Shown: positions 43,144-53,931, counted from the first letter of the stretch. The stretch is 64,000 bases of DNA from an uncultured Puniceicoccaceae bacterium (GCA_963933835.1 CAWVVV010000001.1:320001-384000), one strand, 5' to 3'. Translations and numbers: made by a program. The notes: generated by a model not told the origin, from the letters alone.

Positions 43144-44618
43144 TGCCTTCCCAGGGATTTCAACAGGTTCAGAAGCTGTCGCAGTCGCAAGTCCTCGCGC
43201 CTCAGCTACGGCAGTCCCTCAAGATACTGCAGGTGCCAGCCCTTGAGCTACGCAGTGCCATCCTCGAAGAACTTCAGAGCAACCCAGCCCTCGAAGAGCT
43301 CTCCACCGAAGGCATCTCATCGGTCGAAGAGCAAAGCGGCCCAGTCGAAACGCTCAACGAGGACGGAGAGCGTGTCCCTGAAAAAACCGAATCGAAGGAA
43401 GTTCTCGAATTCGGCGAAGACTTCTCTGTCTTACAAAAACTCAGCGACGACTGGGCCGACATCATGCACCAGGAGTCGGGCGAGTTCGAATACACGAGCG
43501 ACGACGCCAAACGACGCCAGCACTTCTTCGATTCAGTCACGGGCGAAACCTCGATGCAGGAAAATCTTATCGAGCAAGCGCGCATGCAAGAAGCTGACGA
43601 GGAAACGATCAAGGCGCTCGAATATCTCGTAGGCAGCCTCGACGATCGCGGATTCATGACCACGAAGGCTTCCGAAATCGCACTCTACAGTGATCTTCCT
43701 CTGCGCACCGTGCAGGAAGCAGGACGCCTCTTAAAGACCCTCGAACCGCCAGGGATCGGCGCCGAAGACGTCCAGGAATGCCTTCTCATTCAACTTCGCC
43801 TCAACCGGCGAGGAGGCAGTATCGCGGCGGAAATCGTCCAAGACCACTGGCAACTTCTACTACGCAGGCGTGTGCCAGACATTGCTCGACGCATGAGCCT
43901 GACGACTGAAGACGTGCAGCAAGCCGTGCTTGAAATCGCCCGCCTTGACCCATCCCCCGGGCGGCAATTTTCTGAGGACGCCAACCGCGTCATCGTGCCC
44001 GACATCACCGTCTCACAAGATGACATGGACGAGTGGCAAATCGAGCTGCACAACGACTACATTCCACGCCTTCGCATCTCTCCCGTCTACAAAGAGATGA
44101 TGGCTAAGGGCGTTCTCAAGGGGAAGGACCGTGAATTTCTACAAGAAAAGTTTCGTAGTGGAAAATTTCTGATCAGCTCGATCGAGCAACGACAGCAGAC
44201 GATTGAACGCATCACGCGTGAGATCCTCATTTATCAGGAAGCTTTTTTCGAAGAAGGGAGTTCTAAACTAAAGCCCCTCACGATGAACCAAATCGCTGAA
44301 CGCGTCGGCGTTCACGAAACAACCGTCAGCCGGGCGATCGCGAATAAATACATCCGCACACCACATGGCATCTTCGAGTTGAAGTATTTCTTCACCCCCG
44401 GATACGAAGGACAAAACGGAACCGCGCTCTCGAACACTTCGGTCAAAGAGCGCATTGCTAAAATCATCGAAGACGAACCTTCTTCAAAGCCTCTCAGCGA
44501 TCAGAAAGTCGTCGAAGTCTTGGCAGGTGAAGATGTTAAAATCGCCCGTCGAACGGTCGCAAAATACCGCGAAGAACTCGGAATCCTTCCGACTAACCTC
44601 CGTCGCCAATACGCTTAG
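43143..44618 (+). CDS. rpoN: RNA polymerase sigma-54 factor
   Basis: Gln/Leu-rich region I (PQLRQSLKILQ), HETTVSRA, RpoN box ARRTVAKYRE. Confidence 0.98.
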   Translation: MPSQGFQQVQKLSQSQVLAPQLRQSLKILQVPALELRSAILEELQSNPALEELSTEGISSVEEQSGPVETLNEDGERVPEKTESKEVLEFGEDFSVLQKLSDDWADIMHQESGEFEYTSDDAKRRQHFFDSVTGETSMQENLIEQARMQEADEETIKALEYLVGSLDDRGFMTTKASEIALYSDLPLRTVQEAGRLLKTLEPPGIGAEDVQECLLIQLRLNRRGGSIAAEIVQDHWQLLLRRRVPDIARRMSLTTEDVQQAVLEIARLDPSPGRQFSEDANRVIVPDITVSQDDMDEWQIELHNDYIPRLRISPVYKEMMAKGVLKGKDREFLQEKFRSGKFLISSIEQRQQTIERITREILIYQEAFFEEGSSKLKPLTMNQIAERVGVHETTVSRAIANKYIRTPHGIFELKYFFTPGYEGQNGTALSNTSVKERIAKIIEDEPSSKPLSDQKVVEVLAGEDVKIARRTVAKYREELGILPTNLRRQYA

Positions 44619-44623
44619 TCCCC

Positions 44624-45304
44624 GTGGCTACCTCACCGCCATCAGCCCTTTGGCAAGGCCCTACCCTTGTTCTCGATTGCTCGACGATGCACACCCAGAT
44701 TGGCATCATCGAAAACGCCGTCTGGCTCGCCTTTACTGAAACAAAGGGCGATGCCCTTGAGACAATCTTCCGCAGCATCGATCAGGTTTTAAAGGAAACA
44801 GGGCGAACCCTCAGCGAGATCGCCTCGGTGGCGATAGGCATCGGTCCCGGATCGATCCTCGGCCTTCGCCTCTCGCTCATGGCTCTCGAGACCTGGCGCG
44901 CCCTCCCGCAGCTCAAGCACTGGCAGTGCTACGCTTTTCACGGGCTCGAACTACAGGCCCAGTTCCTCCGCACCAGAAGCCAAGACGACTTCCACCTCAT
45001 GAGCGACTTTCGGGGCGAAAGCTGGCACCTGATCAGCGTTGTCGATGGCGTTCCCGCCCCTCTCCAGATCGCCGACGACGAAGCGCTCAAGTCACTCCCA
45101 GGGACGCTTTACTACAGCCCGACCGGACGTGGCCGCCAAAAGATGCCGAGGAGCGACACCACCGAGGCCGTGTTTTCCCTTTCAAAGCTGCCGGCCCTTG
45201 CACCCGGCACTTGGGCCAAAAAGGTTGAGACGCCTGAGCTCTACCTGCCTAGCCCGCCTGTATTTAAAAAATGGGACGCAAAACCACACCGAGGCCATGC
45301 CTAG
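44624..45304 (+). CDS. tsaB: tRNA t6A biosynthesis protein TsaB-like
   Basis: LVLDCST...IASVAIGIGPGSILGLRL, matching the TsaB GPGSFTGLR motif in divergent form. Confidence 0.7.
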   Translation: MATSPPSALWQGPTLVLDCSTMHTQIGIIENAVWLAFTETKGDALETIFRSIDQVLKETGRTLSEIASVAIGIGPGSILGLRLSLMALETWRALPQLKHWQCYAFHGLELQAQFLRTRSQDDFHLMSDFRGESWHLISVVDGVPAPLQIADDEALKSLPGTLYYSPTGRGRQKMPRSDTTEAVFSLSKLPALAPGTWAKKVETPELYLPSPPVFKKWDAKPHRGHA

Positions 45305-46457
45305 CTCGCCCAAAATGAGAATACCGCCCCACATTCGCGCATGGGTCGAAATCGATCTAGGCCGACTGGAGGCGAACGTCGCCACAGTGCGAACGGCCCT
45401 TCCTAAGCACCTCCAATACATCGCAGTGGTTAAAGCAGATGCCTATGGGCATGGATTAGAAGCTGTCGTGGAGCGCCTTATGCGTGCTGACGTCGATGTC
45501 TTCGCAGTCGCTAACCTCTCTGAAGCCAATACGATTCGTGAGATTGGAACAGGCTGGCCAATCTTGGTTCTCTCCGCCCTCCTTCCCGGTGAGGAAACCC
45601 AAGCGGTGCAACTCGGCATCATGCAGACCGTGTCTAGCGAAGGCGAAGTGCACCGCCTCCAACGAGCCGCCTGCAAATTTAAAAAGCCAGTCCGCGTTCA
45701 CCTCAAAATCGACACCGGAATGGGCCGCCTCGGTGTCTTGCCTGCCGCCGCTAGCGGCGTCTATCAAGCGATCTGCAATAGCTCACACTTAGAGCTCGCC
45801 GGCATCTCGACCCACTTTGCTGATTCCAACGCCGACCCAGACTACACCGCGATTCAGCGAGAACGTTTTCTAAAAACGCTCAACGTCCTCAATCATTCGG
45901 ACGCTAACGATCAGCTCGTCCATGCCGATAACAGCGCCGGCCTCGACACTTTTCCTCCGGGCGGACCTTTCAATGGAGCTCGCGTCGGACTGCTTCAATT
46001 TGGTGTTAGCCCTCACCCTGGCTCGCTCCTCGCGACGGTACGCACTCTGCCCGTCCTCACCTTTCACACCCGCCTGTCACTTATCAAAACACTCCCGGAG
46101 GGGCACAGCGTCAGCTATGGACGCACCCACCAACTGAGCAAAGAAACCCGCATCGGCGTTCTCTCAGCCGGCTATGGAGACGGCATTCCAACCGCCTTTA
46201 GCAACTCCGGGCACATCCTCCTACGCGGACAAAAGTGCCCGATCTTAGGACGCGTCACGATGGATCAGACAATGATCGATTTGAGCGCTGTTCCAGAGGC
46301 TGAAGTGGGCGACACTGCGACCCTCATTGGAGACCAGGGGGCGCACGCTATCACGGCCCGCGAGTTTGCCTTTTCAAGCCATCAGATCCCGTGGGAAGCC
46401 TTTTGTGCGATCACCGGACGGGTGGCGCGTTTTTATCGAACAGATACGGCTCTCTAA
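45297..46457 (+). CDS. alr: Alanine racemase
   Basis: AVVKADAYGHG, HLKIDTGMGRLG, VSYG, GYGDG, GRVTMDQ. Start at ATG 45297 (or 45315), not 45039. Confidence 0.96.
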   Translation: MPSSPKMRIPPHIRAWVEIDLGRLEANVATVRTALPKHLQYIAVVKADAYGHGLEAVVERLMRADVDVFAVANLSEANTIREIGTGWPILVLSALLPGEETQAVQLGIMQTVSSEGEVHRLQRAACKFKKPVRVHLKIDTGMGRLGVLPAAASGVYQAICNSSHLELAGISTHFADSNADPDYTAIQRERFLKTLNVLNHSDANDQLVHADNSAGLDTFPPGGPFNGARVGLLQFGVSPHPGSLLATVRTLPVLTFHTRLSLIKTLPEGHSVSYGRTHQLSKETRIGVLSAGYGDGIPTAFSNSGHILLRGQKCPILGRVTMDQTMIDLSAVPEAEVGDTATLIGDQGAHAITAREFAFSSHQIPWEAFCAITGRVARFYRTDTAL

Positions 46458-46537
46458 TCCCACAGATACTCGTTCTACACGATTGACGCGAACCCCCGTA
46501 TTATCCGACTATCAGTCTCTACCCTATTACACCCCAA

Positions 46538-48379
46538 ATGAGTCCAACCACCTCCCTAACGGAACTCGATTCCGCGGTCATTCGTTTTGCCGGTGATTCC
46601 GGTGATGGCATGCAAACCGTCGGTGATCAATTCACTGACAGCAGCGCCCTTGCAGGTAACGATATCTGCACCCTTCCGGATTTCCCCGCTGAGATCCGTG
46701 CGCCCGCTGGATCTCTCCCCGGCGTATCTGGATTTCAACTACAATTCGGACGCACAGAGGTGCTCACTCCCGGCGATGCACCCGATGCCCTCGTCGCGAT
46801 GAATCCCGCCGCGCTGAAGACAAATTTAGGCGATCTCACTCGAGGTGGACTCCTCGTGGTCAACACCGCCGCTTTCACAGACGCCAATCTAAAGCTCGCC
46901 GAATACACCGAAAACCCTCTCGAAGTTCCCGAGCTGGACGAAAACTACGAGGTCATCCGCATCGATCTCAACCGGCTCACGATCGAAGCCCTCGCCGAGC
47001 TTGAGATGAGCCAGCGCGACAAGCTCCGCTGCAAAAATTTCTTCGCCCTTGGTTTCATGTATTGGGTGTATGGCCGCCCGATCGAAGCCACGCTCAAGTT
47101 CATCAATTCAAAGTGGTCGAAGAAGAGACCCGAAGTCGCCGACGCGAACATCAAGGTCCTGAAAGCCGGCTACTACTTCGGCGAAACAACCGAAATATCG
47201 CGGAACCGCTACCAGATCGCAGCCGCAGCCGTCAGCCCAGGCATCTATCGGAAAATCGCTGGAAACGAGGCCCTTGTTATCGGACTCATTGCTGCCGCCA
47301 AACAAGCGAAGCGTGATCTCCTCTACTCCGGCTACCCGATCACCCCCGCTTCCTCGATCCTCGAGAACCTAGCAAGCTACAAGGCCTATGGCGTTAAGAC
47401 CGTCCAAGCGGAAGACGAAATCGCTGCGATCGGTATCGCCCTCGGCGGAAGCTACAGTGGACACCTCGGCGTCACTGCCACGAGTGGACCTGGACTGTGC
47501 CTGAAGAGTGAATTTCTAGGCCTCGCTCATGCGGTCGAACTTCCCCTCATTGTCATCGACGTGCAGCGCGGCGGCCCGAGTACCGGCCTTCCAACCAAGA
47601 CTGAGCAGGCCGACCTTCTCATGGCCCTCTTTGGTCGCCACGGCGAATGTCCGACACCGGTCATCGCCGCCTCGACGCCCAGTGACTGTTTCGAAACCGC
47701 GATCGAAGCCACTCGCATTGCACTTAAATATAGCACTCCAATCATCATTCTGAGTGACCTCTACATCGCCAATGGGTCAGAACCATGGGAGGTGCCTGAA
47801 GCATCGAGCCTTCCAGATCTCTCCGTTCCACTCGCTCCCGAAGGCAAGCCTTACGTAACCTTTGCGCGCGACAAAGAGACCCTCTCACGCACCCAAGCGA
47901 TTCCCGGCCAACCTGGCCTTGAGCACCGTATCGGCGGCCTCGAAAAAGAGGAAGGTGGAGCCGTTTCTTACGACCCGGATAATCACGAGCAGATGAGCCG
48001 ACTGCGCGCCGAAAAGATCGCACGCATCGCCGACTCAATTCCTCCCACTCAGATCAACGGCGACACCTCCGGCGATATTCTCATCATTGGATGGGGTGGC
48101 ACCTACGGGGCAATCACCGCCGCCGTGAATGGCTTGCGCACCGAGGGATATAAAGTGAGCAATATCCACATCCGCCATATGAATCCTTTGCCAAAAGATA
48201 TTAAGGCCATCGCGGCGAACTTCGACCAAGTGCTCATCCCAGAGATCAACTTTGGCCAGCTCTCGTTCATCCTTCAGCCCGTCCTTGATCGAAAGATAGA
48301 GACCTTTAATCAACTCAAAGGTCGCCCCTTCAGAGTTGAGGAAATGAAGAACCACATCGTCGAACTCCTCAAAGCCTAA
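46538..48379 (+). CDS. korA: 2-oxoacid:ferredoxin oxidoreductase alpha subunit (gamma-alpha fusion)
   Basis: AGDSGDGMQ, FPAEIRAP, YPITPAS, QAEDE, TSGPG, QRGGPSTGLPTK. Substrate not established. Confidence 0.92.
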   Translation: MSPTTSLTELDSAVIRFAGDSGDGMQTVGDQFTDSSALAGNDICTLPDFPAEIRAPAGSLPGVSGFQLQFGRTEVLTPGDAPDALVAMNPAALKTNLGDLTRGGLLVVNTAAFTDANLKLAEYTENPLEVPELDENYEVIRIDLNRLTIEALAELEMSQRDKLRCKNFFALGFMYWVYGRPIEATLKFINSKWSKKRPEVADANIKVLKAGYYFGETTEISRNRYQIAAAAVSPGIYRKIAGNEALVIGLIAAAKQAKRDLLYSGYPITPASSILENLASYKAYGVKTVQAEDEIAAIGIALGGSYSGHLGVTATSGPGLCLKSEFLGLAHAVELPLIVIDVQRGGPSTGLPTKTEQADLLMALFGRHGECPTPVIAASTPSDCFETAIEATRIALKYSTPIIILSDLYIANGSEPWEVPEASSLPDLSVPLAPEGKPYVTFARDKETLSRTQAIPGQPGLEHRIGGLEKEEGGAVSYDPDNHEQMSRLRAEKIARIADSIPPTQINGDTSGDILIIGWGGTYGAITAAVNGLRTEGYKVSNIHIRHMNPLPKDIKAIAANFDQVLIPEINFGQLSFILQPVLDRKIETFNQLKGRPFRVEEMKNHIVELLKA

Positions 48380-48400
48380 CCCTCTACCCCCGACCGCGTC

Positions 48401-49423
48401 ATGACTACGACAGCCGAAGCCCCCTTAACGAAAAAAGATTTTGTCACCTCAAACGATGTTCGCTGGTGCCCCGGCTGCGGTGATTACGCCATCCTCAATG
48501 CCCTCCAGCGCGTCCTCCCTGAGCTCGGCATACCGAAAGAGGATTACGTCATCGTCAGTGGGATCGGCTGCTCAAGCCGCTTTCCTTACTACATGAACAC
48601 CTACGGGTTTCACACCATCCACGGCCGCGCTCCCACCGTCGCGACAGGGGTCAAAGTCGCCAACCCAAAGCTCTCCGTCTGGATCATTACGGGCGACGGC
48701 GATGGCCTCTCGATTGGCGGAAATCACTTGATGCACCTCATGCGGCGCAATGTGAACGTCAACGTCCTCCTCTTTAATAACCGCATCTACGGGCTCACAA
48801 AAGGCCAATACAGCCCGACCTCAGAAGAGGGAACGCGGACGAAGAGCACCCCGATGGGATCGGTCGATCGTCCCATAAATCCACTACGTTTTGCTCTAAG
48901 TGCTGAAGCTGGCTTCATTGCCCGCACCTTAGACAACAACGTGAAGCACATGGTCTCGACCTTCAAAGCAGCCCACGAACACCCGGGCCTCAGCTTCGTC
49001 GAGATCTTACAGAACTGCGTCATCTTTAACGACAAGACTTGGGACCCCGTCTACAGCAAAAAGACGCGGCAAGATAACCTACTCTTCCTCGAAGAAGGCA
49101 AACCCCTCTTCTACGGCGCTGAAAAGAACAAAGGCCTGCGCATCGACCAGACGCTCAAACCAGAGATCGTCACGGTCGGCGAAAACGGCGTCACCGAAGA
49201 CGACATCATCGTCCACCGCCCAAGAGATCCAGAGCCCCTCTACTCCTCCATGCTCGCGCAGCTCAACTACCCCGAATACCCGAGCGTAGCAGGCATTCTA
49301 CGACAAATCGAACGCCCCACCTACGAGAGCCTCGTCGCTGATCAAATCACCGCTGCCCAAGTACGCAAAGCACCTGGCAGCCTCGACGACCTCATTCGAG
49401 GCGACGCATCCTGGACGGTCTAG
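48401..49423 (+). CDS. korB: 2-oxoacid:ferredoxin oxidoreductase beta subunit
   Basis: WCPGCGD, SGIGCSSR, GDGDG, NNRIYGLTKGQYSPT. Confidence 0.93.
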   Translation: MTTTAEAPLTKKDFVTSNDVRWCPGCGDYAILNALQRVLPELGIPKEDYVIVSGIGCSSRFPYYMNTYGFHTIHGRAPTVATGVKVANPKLSVWIITGDGDGLSIGGNHLMHLMRRNVNVNVLLFNNRIYGLTKGQYSPTSEEGTRTKSTPMGSVDRPINPLRFALSAEAGFIARTLDNNVKHMVSTFKAAHEHPGLSFVEILQNCVIFNDKTWDPVYSKKTRQDNLLFLEEGKPLFYGAEKNKGLRIDQTLKPEIVTVGENGVTEDDIIVHRPRDPEPLYSSMLAQLNYPEYPSVAGILRQIERPTYESLVADQITAAQVRKAPGSLDDLIRGDASWTV

Positions 49424-50421
49424 AACGCCTCGTTTTTGAGGTCTCGCTCCATCAGGGCAGTGAGCGCGGCAAGGAGGTTTTGGCCTTCGAAGAGGATGCT
49501 GTAGACTTGATCAAGGATGGGAGCGCTGATCCCTTCTTCTTGGCAGATGGCATGGAAACAAGCCGCGCTGCGATAGCCTTCGACCGTCATCCCGCTTTCT
49601 AGGAGCTGTTCGACGGTTGAACCTTCAGCGAGGAGTTTTCCGAAGCGTCGGTTCCGGCTTTCGTCACCATTGCACGTAAGCATCAAGTCACCGAGGCCAG
49701 AGAGGCCAAAAAATGTTTCGGGGTTACCACCAAGGGCTCCACCGACCCGAACAAGCTCGCGTAGCGCCCGAGTAACGAGCGCAGCGGTACTGTTATGACC
49801 GAGCCCAAGTCCTATCCCCATTCCCGCCGCAATCGCGTAGACATTTTTCAGGCAACCACCGAGCTGCACACCGACAGGATCATCACTCGTGTAAACACGG
49901 AGGGTGCGATCACTCATGGCGGCTTGGAGAGCTTGTGTTTCTTTGGCCGGAGCTTTTGTCCCGAGGACGATGGCGGAGGGTTGGCCTTTCGCCACTTCAC
50001 TCGCAAAGGTAGGCCCAGATAGCACCCCGATTTGATACCCGGGCAGCTCATCTTCCATTACCTCAAGGGGCAAACGGTTGGTATCCACTTCCAGTCCTTT
50101 GCAGAGGGCAAGGACCCAGCGCAGATTAGTCGCGAGACCGGATTTTGCTTTGAGCTCCTTGCAGGTGTCGCGGAGGAATTTCGATGGGCAGGCTAAGATC
50201 GCAACATCCGCCTCCATCAGCGCAGGAGTGAGCTCCGTTGAAATCTGAAAACTGGCCGGTAATTCGACGCCCGGGAGGCGGCGCTTGTGCTCGCGCCGGG
50301 TTGTCATTTCAAGCGCTTCTTCGAGATCTCGAGCAATCAGCGTAACGCGGTGACCGGATCGATCTAGATGCAACGCCAGGGCAGTTCCCCAAGCACCGGA
50401 AGGATAGACACAAATATTCAT
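49420..50421 (-). CDS. gpsA: NAD(P)H-dependent glycerol-3-phosphate dehydrogenase
   Basis: GAWGTALA, CKGLE, LSGPTFA, LKNVYAIAAG, GLGDLMLTC-SRNRRFG. Confidence 0.95.
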   Translation of the reverse strand: MNICVYPSGAWGTALALHLDRSGHRVTLIARDLEEALEMTTRREHKRRLPGVELPASFQISTELTPALMEADVAILACPSKFLRDTCKELKAKSGLATNLRWVLALCKGLEVDTNRLPLEVMEDELPGYQIGVLSGPTFASEVAKGQPSAIVLGTKAPAKETQALQAAMSDRTLRVYTSDDPVGVQLGGCLKNVYAIAAGMGIGLGLGHNSTAALVTRALRELVRVGGALGGNPETFFGLSGLGDLMLTCNGDESRNRRFGKLLAEGSTVEQLLESGMTVEGYRSAACFHAICQEEGISAPILDQVYSILFEGQNLLAALTALMERDLKNEAF

Positions 50422-50555
50422 TCAGAAGTAAAATTGATCGCTAGTCGAAGATGGGTTGTCGAAGCTCATAATCTGATCGTCGTTCGGAGACTGGCAACGC
50501 TTGCTTTTATCTTCTCGATGACCGACGACAGGAATGGCTCTGCTTACACCCTCCC

Positions 50556-50843
50556 ATGATTCGAAGATTTTTCCAATGGCGCGCTAAACGACGGCTCGCG
50601 CGCACCCGCTACCGCTTCGATCGACGGAGCTATCCGGGGCGGTTTCAGGCCGGATTTTTAAGCCACCTCCAACAGGGTAGCTTTTGGGAGATGAATAAGA
50701 ATCCGCGCTTACGTCGCCGGGGCCGGCGCCAGACCGTGCTCCTCCTCCTCGTTATCATCGGCACGATACTTCTGATCTGGGGAATTATAACCAGCATCGA
50801 AGGGATCAAACTGTTTGCCCTCCAGACGTCCTCTATAAACTGA
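50556..50843 (+). CDS. Small Arg-rich membrane protein, hypothetical
   Basis: Basic N-terminus plus one hydrophobic helix; co-directional with the next gene. Confidence 0.55.
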   Translation: MIRRFFQWRAKRRLARTRYRFDRRSYPGRFQAGFLSHLQQGSFWEMNKNPRLRRRGRRQTVLLLLVIIGTILLIWGIITSIEGIKLFALQTSSIN

Positions 50844-50849
50844 CCGACA

Positions 50850-51164
50850 ATGATTTCTGCTCCCACTCAAATTGCTCTCATCGGTGACTTCGTCGCCATC
50901 GTTTGGCCCGACGAGCGCGAAGACGTCCACGCCATGGATGCGCTCCGTGCGGCCTCCCCGAGCGCCGAAAACAAAGGCGAAGCCGATCTCTTCGGGCACG
51001 TTCACGGGGGAGATCCCCGGACGGAGTATCCCGGCGTAAAAGTCGACAACTGGGAATGGGTCGGCTCCTACGCGGTGCGCTTCATCTTTTCCGACAGCCA
51101 TCAAAGCGGTCTTTTTAGCTACGAACTTTTACGCGAATTAGGCGAGGACACGGCTAACTCGTAG
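50850..51164 (+). CDS. DUF971 (GBBH-like N-terminal domain) protein
   Basis: LRAASPSAE-GE, VGSYAVRFIFSDSHQSGLFSYELL. Confidence 0.88.
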   Translation: MISAPTQIALIGDFVAIVWPDEREDVHAMDALRAASPSAENKGEADLFGHVHGGDPRTEYPGVKVDNWEWVGSYAVRFIFSDSHQSGLFSYELLRELGEDTANS

Positions 51165-51336
51165 ACCTGTGTATGCGCACATTGAACACTCCATCCGGAG
51201 GCTAGTCTGACCCTAAGACCCCATAAAGGTGGAGTCTCATTCCGGATTCGCATTTTGTCAGATTCTTACCAATATCAGCGCAATACTCTTTATAAGTCGA
51301 AGTGAGCCCCTTCCTGATCGATATACCAGTTACCCA

Positions 51337-53883
51337 ATGAGATTGTTCCCACTTTACACCCTCGCCGCCTTCCTCTTCCTCTCGATCTCGTCGCTCAGCG
51401 CGAAGTTCGAGCACCGCCCAACGGCCGAAGAGCGTCAAAGCATGCAGCGCGAAACACGCATCGCGATAGAGTTTCTTCAGGACTACCACCTAAAGAAAAT
51501 GCCCTTCGCCGATGTCGACAGCGAAGAGCTACTAACGAACTACATGACGACGCTGGATGATCAGCGCCTCTTTTTCCTCCAGACCGACCACGCCGAAGTG
51601 GTTGATCGCTTCAAGACCACGCTCAAGCCATCCTATCTCTTCATCGGCGACCTCTACCCCGCCTTCCAGATATACAGCATCTATCAGGAGCAAGTTGAAG
51701 CTCGCCTCGACTGGATTTCAGAGCGCCTCAATGGCGAGTTTGATCTCAATCGCGAAGATGAGATCGTCCTCGATCGATCTGAGCTGCTATGGCCCGCAGA
51801 CAAGGCTGAAGCCGATGCCCTATGGGAGAAACGCATCAGCTTCGATATCATCGCTGAAATCCTCGAAGGCGAAACGCTCCAGCAAGCCAAAGAGAAGATC
51901 GGCAAACGCTACGAGCGTCGCCGGAAGTTTCTCCAAGAGTTCGAGATTCATAACATTCAGGAGACTTTTCTCAGCACCCTCACGACGCTCTACGATCCCC
52001 ACACTAAGTTTTTCTCGTGGGACAGTGCGCGTGAATTTGACATCGCGATTTCTAATTCACTCATCGGCATCGGTGCGCAACTGCGCGACGTCGAAGGCTA
52101 CTGCGTGGTCGAGCGAGTGCTGCCTGGCGGCCCAGCCGAGCTGAGTGGACGTATCCACCCCGGCGACAAAATTGTGGCGGTCGCTCAAGGAGCAAAAGGA
52201 GAGCCCGTTGACGTCGTCGGCATGAAGCTGCGCCGTGTCGTTCACATGATCCGTGGCGAGCCCAGCACAACGGTGAAGCTCACGATCCAAGCTCCCGATG
52301 GCCAAATCCGTAAGATTGTCAGCATGAAGCGCGATCGCATCGAGCTCGCATCCAATCTTGCGAAAGCCGAGCTGATCGAGCTTCCGCATGGCGATAAAAC
52401 CGTCATGGTCGGTAAGATCGAGCTCCCCTCCTTTTACGGCGAAGGCGATTTTGAAGACGGCGGAACAAGCACCAGTGCCGACGTTAAAGAGCTTATCGAG
52501 AAGCTCAGAGAATTCGACATTCAGGGGCTCATCCTCGACCTCCGACGTAACGGTGGTGGCCGCCTCGACGAGGCCGTTCGCCTCACGGGACTCTTTATCG
52601 AAACCGGGCCTGTCGTGATGAAGCGCAGCTTCGATGGCAAGGTGAGCGAAGACTGGGACGAAAACGCAGACATCACTTACGATGGTCCACTCGTCGTCTT
52701 GACCTCACGGATGAGCGCTTCCGCCAGCGAAATCATGGCGGGCGCACTCAAGAGCTACAACCGTGCGATTGTGATCGGCGACGAGTCGACTTACGGGAAA
52801 GGCACCGTTCAGACCCTCCTCCCGATTGCTCGGAAGAGCAGCAGCCCATTCTGGACGACACCGCCGAAGTGGGGCCAGTTGAAGCTCACGATCCAACAAT
52901 TTTACCTGCCCGATGGCGTCTCCACGCAAGAGCTTGGAGTGCCTTCCGATATCGTTTTTCCGAGCCTCACCGAGTCGCTCATCGAAACCGAAGGGGAGCA
53001 ACCCTACGCTCTAGCTTGGGACGAGATCAGCACCATCGGCTTCGACGATGCGACGAAAGATTGGAGCACCCCGATCACAACCGTCACCCAAGAGACGATC
53101 GATCGCCTTCAAGAGCAGAGCCATCTGCGCCAAGCCACCCTCCCCGAGTTTGAATTCTTCGACCGCGAGCTGGAATGGCGACGCGACTTGATCGAGAAAG
53201 AAAGTTTCTCTCTCAACCTCGAGCAGCGCCGCACCGAAATCGAAGAACAGAAAGCCCAGCGGCGGGCCTTTGAAGATGAGCGCAAGCACCTGAGCAAGGA
53301 ACTCGCCTTCATTGCTCAGCCTGTGAAACTTGATTTAGCCTCAGCGCAAGACGAGGTGCATCAAGCCAAGCTCAGCGAAACACCTCTTCCAAACGGCGAA
53401 TCCCGTGCGAACCAATTTTATCAGAAGATCTTCTACTATCAAGCGGATGAAGCGAGTGACATTGAAGAAATCTGGGTCGAATACATCGACTACGAAGAGA
53501 TGGTAACACACTCCACTGTCCTGGCCGAATGCGTCGGATCAGTGACTGGAACGGATGTCACTTCAGAGGTGATGGAAAGTATTTTGACCACGCTCAAAAA
53601 CGCCGACCGCTACGGAAACTTCGATGTCAAAGGCCCCTTCAAAACTCACCTCGGCGAAACCCTCACCGATGAGAAGCTCGAAGCCATCCTTCCAAACTTT
53701 TTCGCGAAGATCGTTGAACTCGATGAGGACCTCCTCCGCAAGCGCCCCGTTCTCGACATCCATCTGCGCGAAAGCCTGCGAGTGATTGCGGACTGGATTG
53801 AGTTGGAAGAATCGAATTCAGACGAGCCTTCCATCGCTGCAGCCAAGACCGAGATGCCGACGGCGACGGCGGAGCAGCTCTAA
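51337..53883 (+). CDS. prc: Carboxy-terminal processing protease (S41, Prc/Tsp type)
   Basis: Signal peptide from ATG 51337, YDPHT, GIGAQL PDZ domain, LDLRRNGGG, SASASEI, YGKGTVQ, FYLPDGVSTQ. Confidence 0.92.
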   Translation: MRLFPLYTLAAFLFLSISSLSAKFEHRPTAEERQSMQRETRIAIEFLQDYHLKKMPFADVDSEELLTNYMTTLDDQRLFFLQTDHAEVVDRFKTTLKPSYLFIGDLYPAFQIYSIYQEQVEARLDWISERLNGEFDLNREDEIVLDRSELLWPADKAEADALWEKRISFDIIAEILEGETLQQAKEKIGKRYERRRKFLQEFEIHNIQETFLSTLTTLYDPHTKFFSWDSAREFDIAISNSLIGIGAQLRDVEGYCVVERVLPGGPAELSGRIHPGDKIVAVAQGAKGEPVDVVGMKLRRVVHMIRGEPSTTVKLTIQAPDGQIRKIVSMKRDRIELASNLAKAELIELPHGDKTVMVGKIELPSFYGEGDFEDGGTSTSADVKELIEKLREFDIQGLILDLRRNGGGRLDEAVRLTGLFIETGPVVMKRSFDGKVSEDWDENADITYDGPLVVLTSRMSASASEIMAGALKSYNRAIVIGDESTYGKGTVQTLLPIARKSSSPFWTTPPKWGQLKLTIQQFYLPDGVSTQELGVPSDIVFPSLTESLIETEGEQPYALAWDEISTIGFDDATKDWSTPITTVTQETIDRLQEQSHLRQATLPEFEFFDRELEWRRDLIEKESFSLNLEQRRTEIEEQKAQRRAFEDERKHLSKELAFIAQPVKLDLASAQDEVHQAKLSETPLPNGESRANQFYQKIFYYQADEASDIEEIWVEYIDYEEMVTHSTVLAECVGSVTGTDVTSEVMESILTTLKNADRYGNFDVKGPFKTHLGETLTDEKLEAILPNFFAKIVELDEDLLRKRPVLDIHLRESLRVIADWIELEESNSDEPSIAAAKTEMPTATAEQL

Positions 53884-53931
53884 GCGACAGACTTTTTCGG
53901 AATATTCGCCACTTTCAACCCTCATTGGATC

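Noticed and set aside
45039..45296. N-terminal extension of alanine racemase
   Set aside because: It overlaps tsaB in another frame; racemase similarity begins only after 45297.
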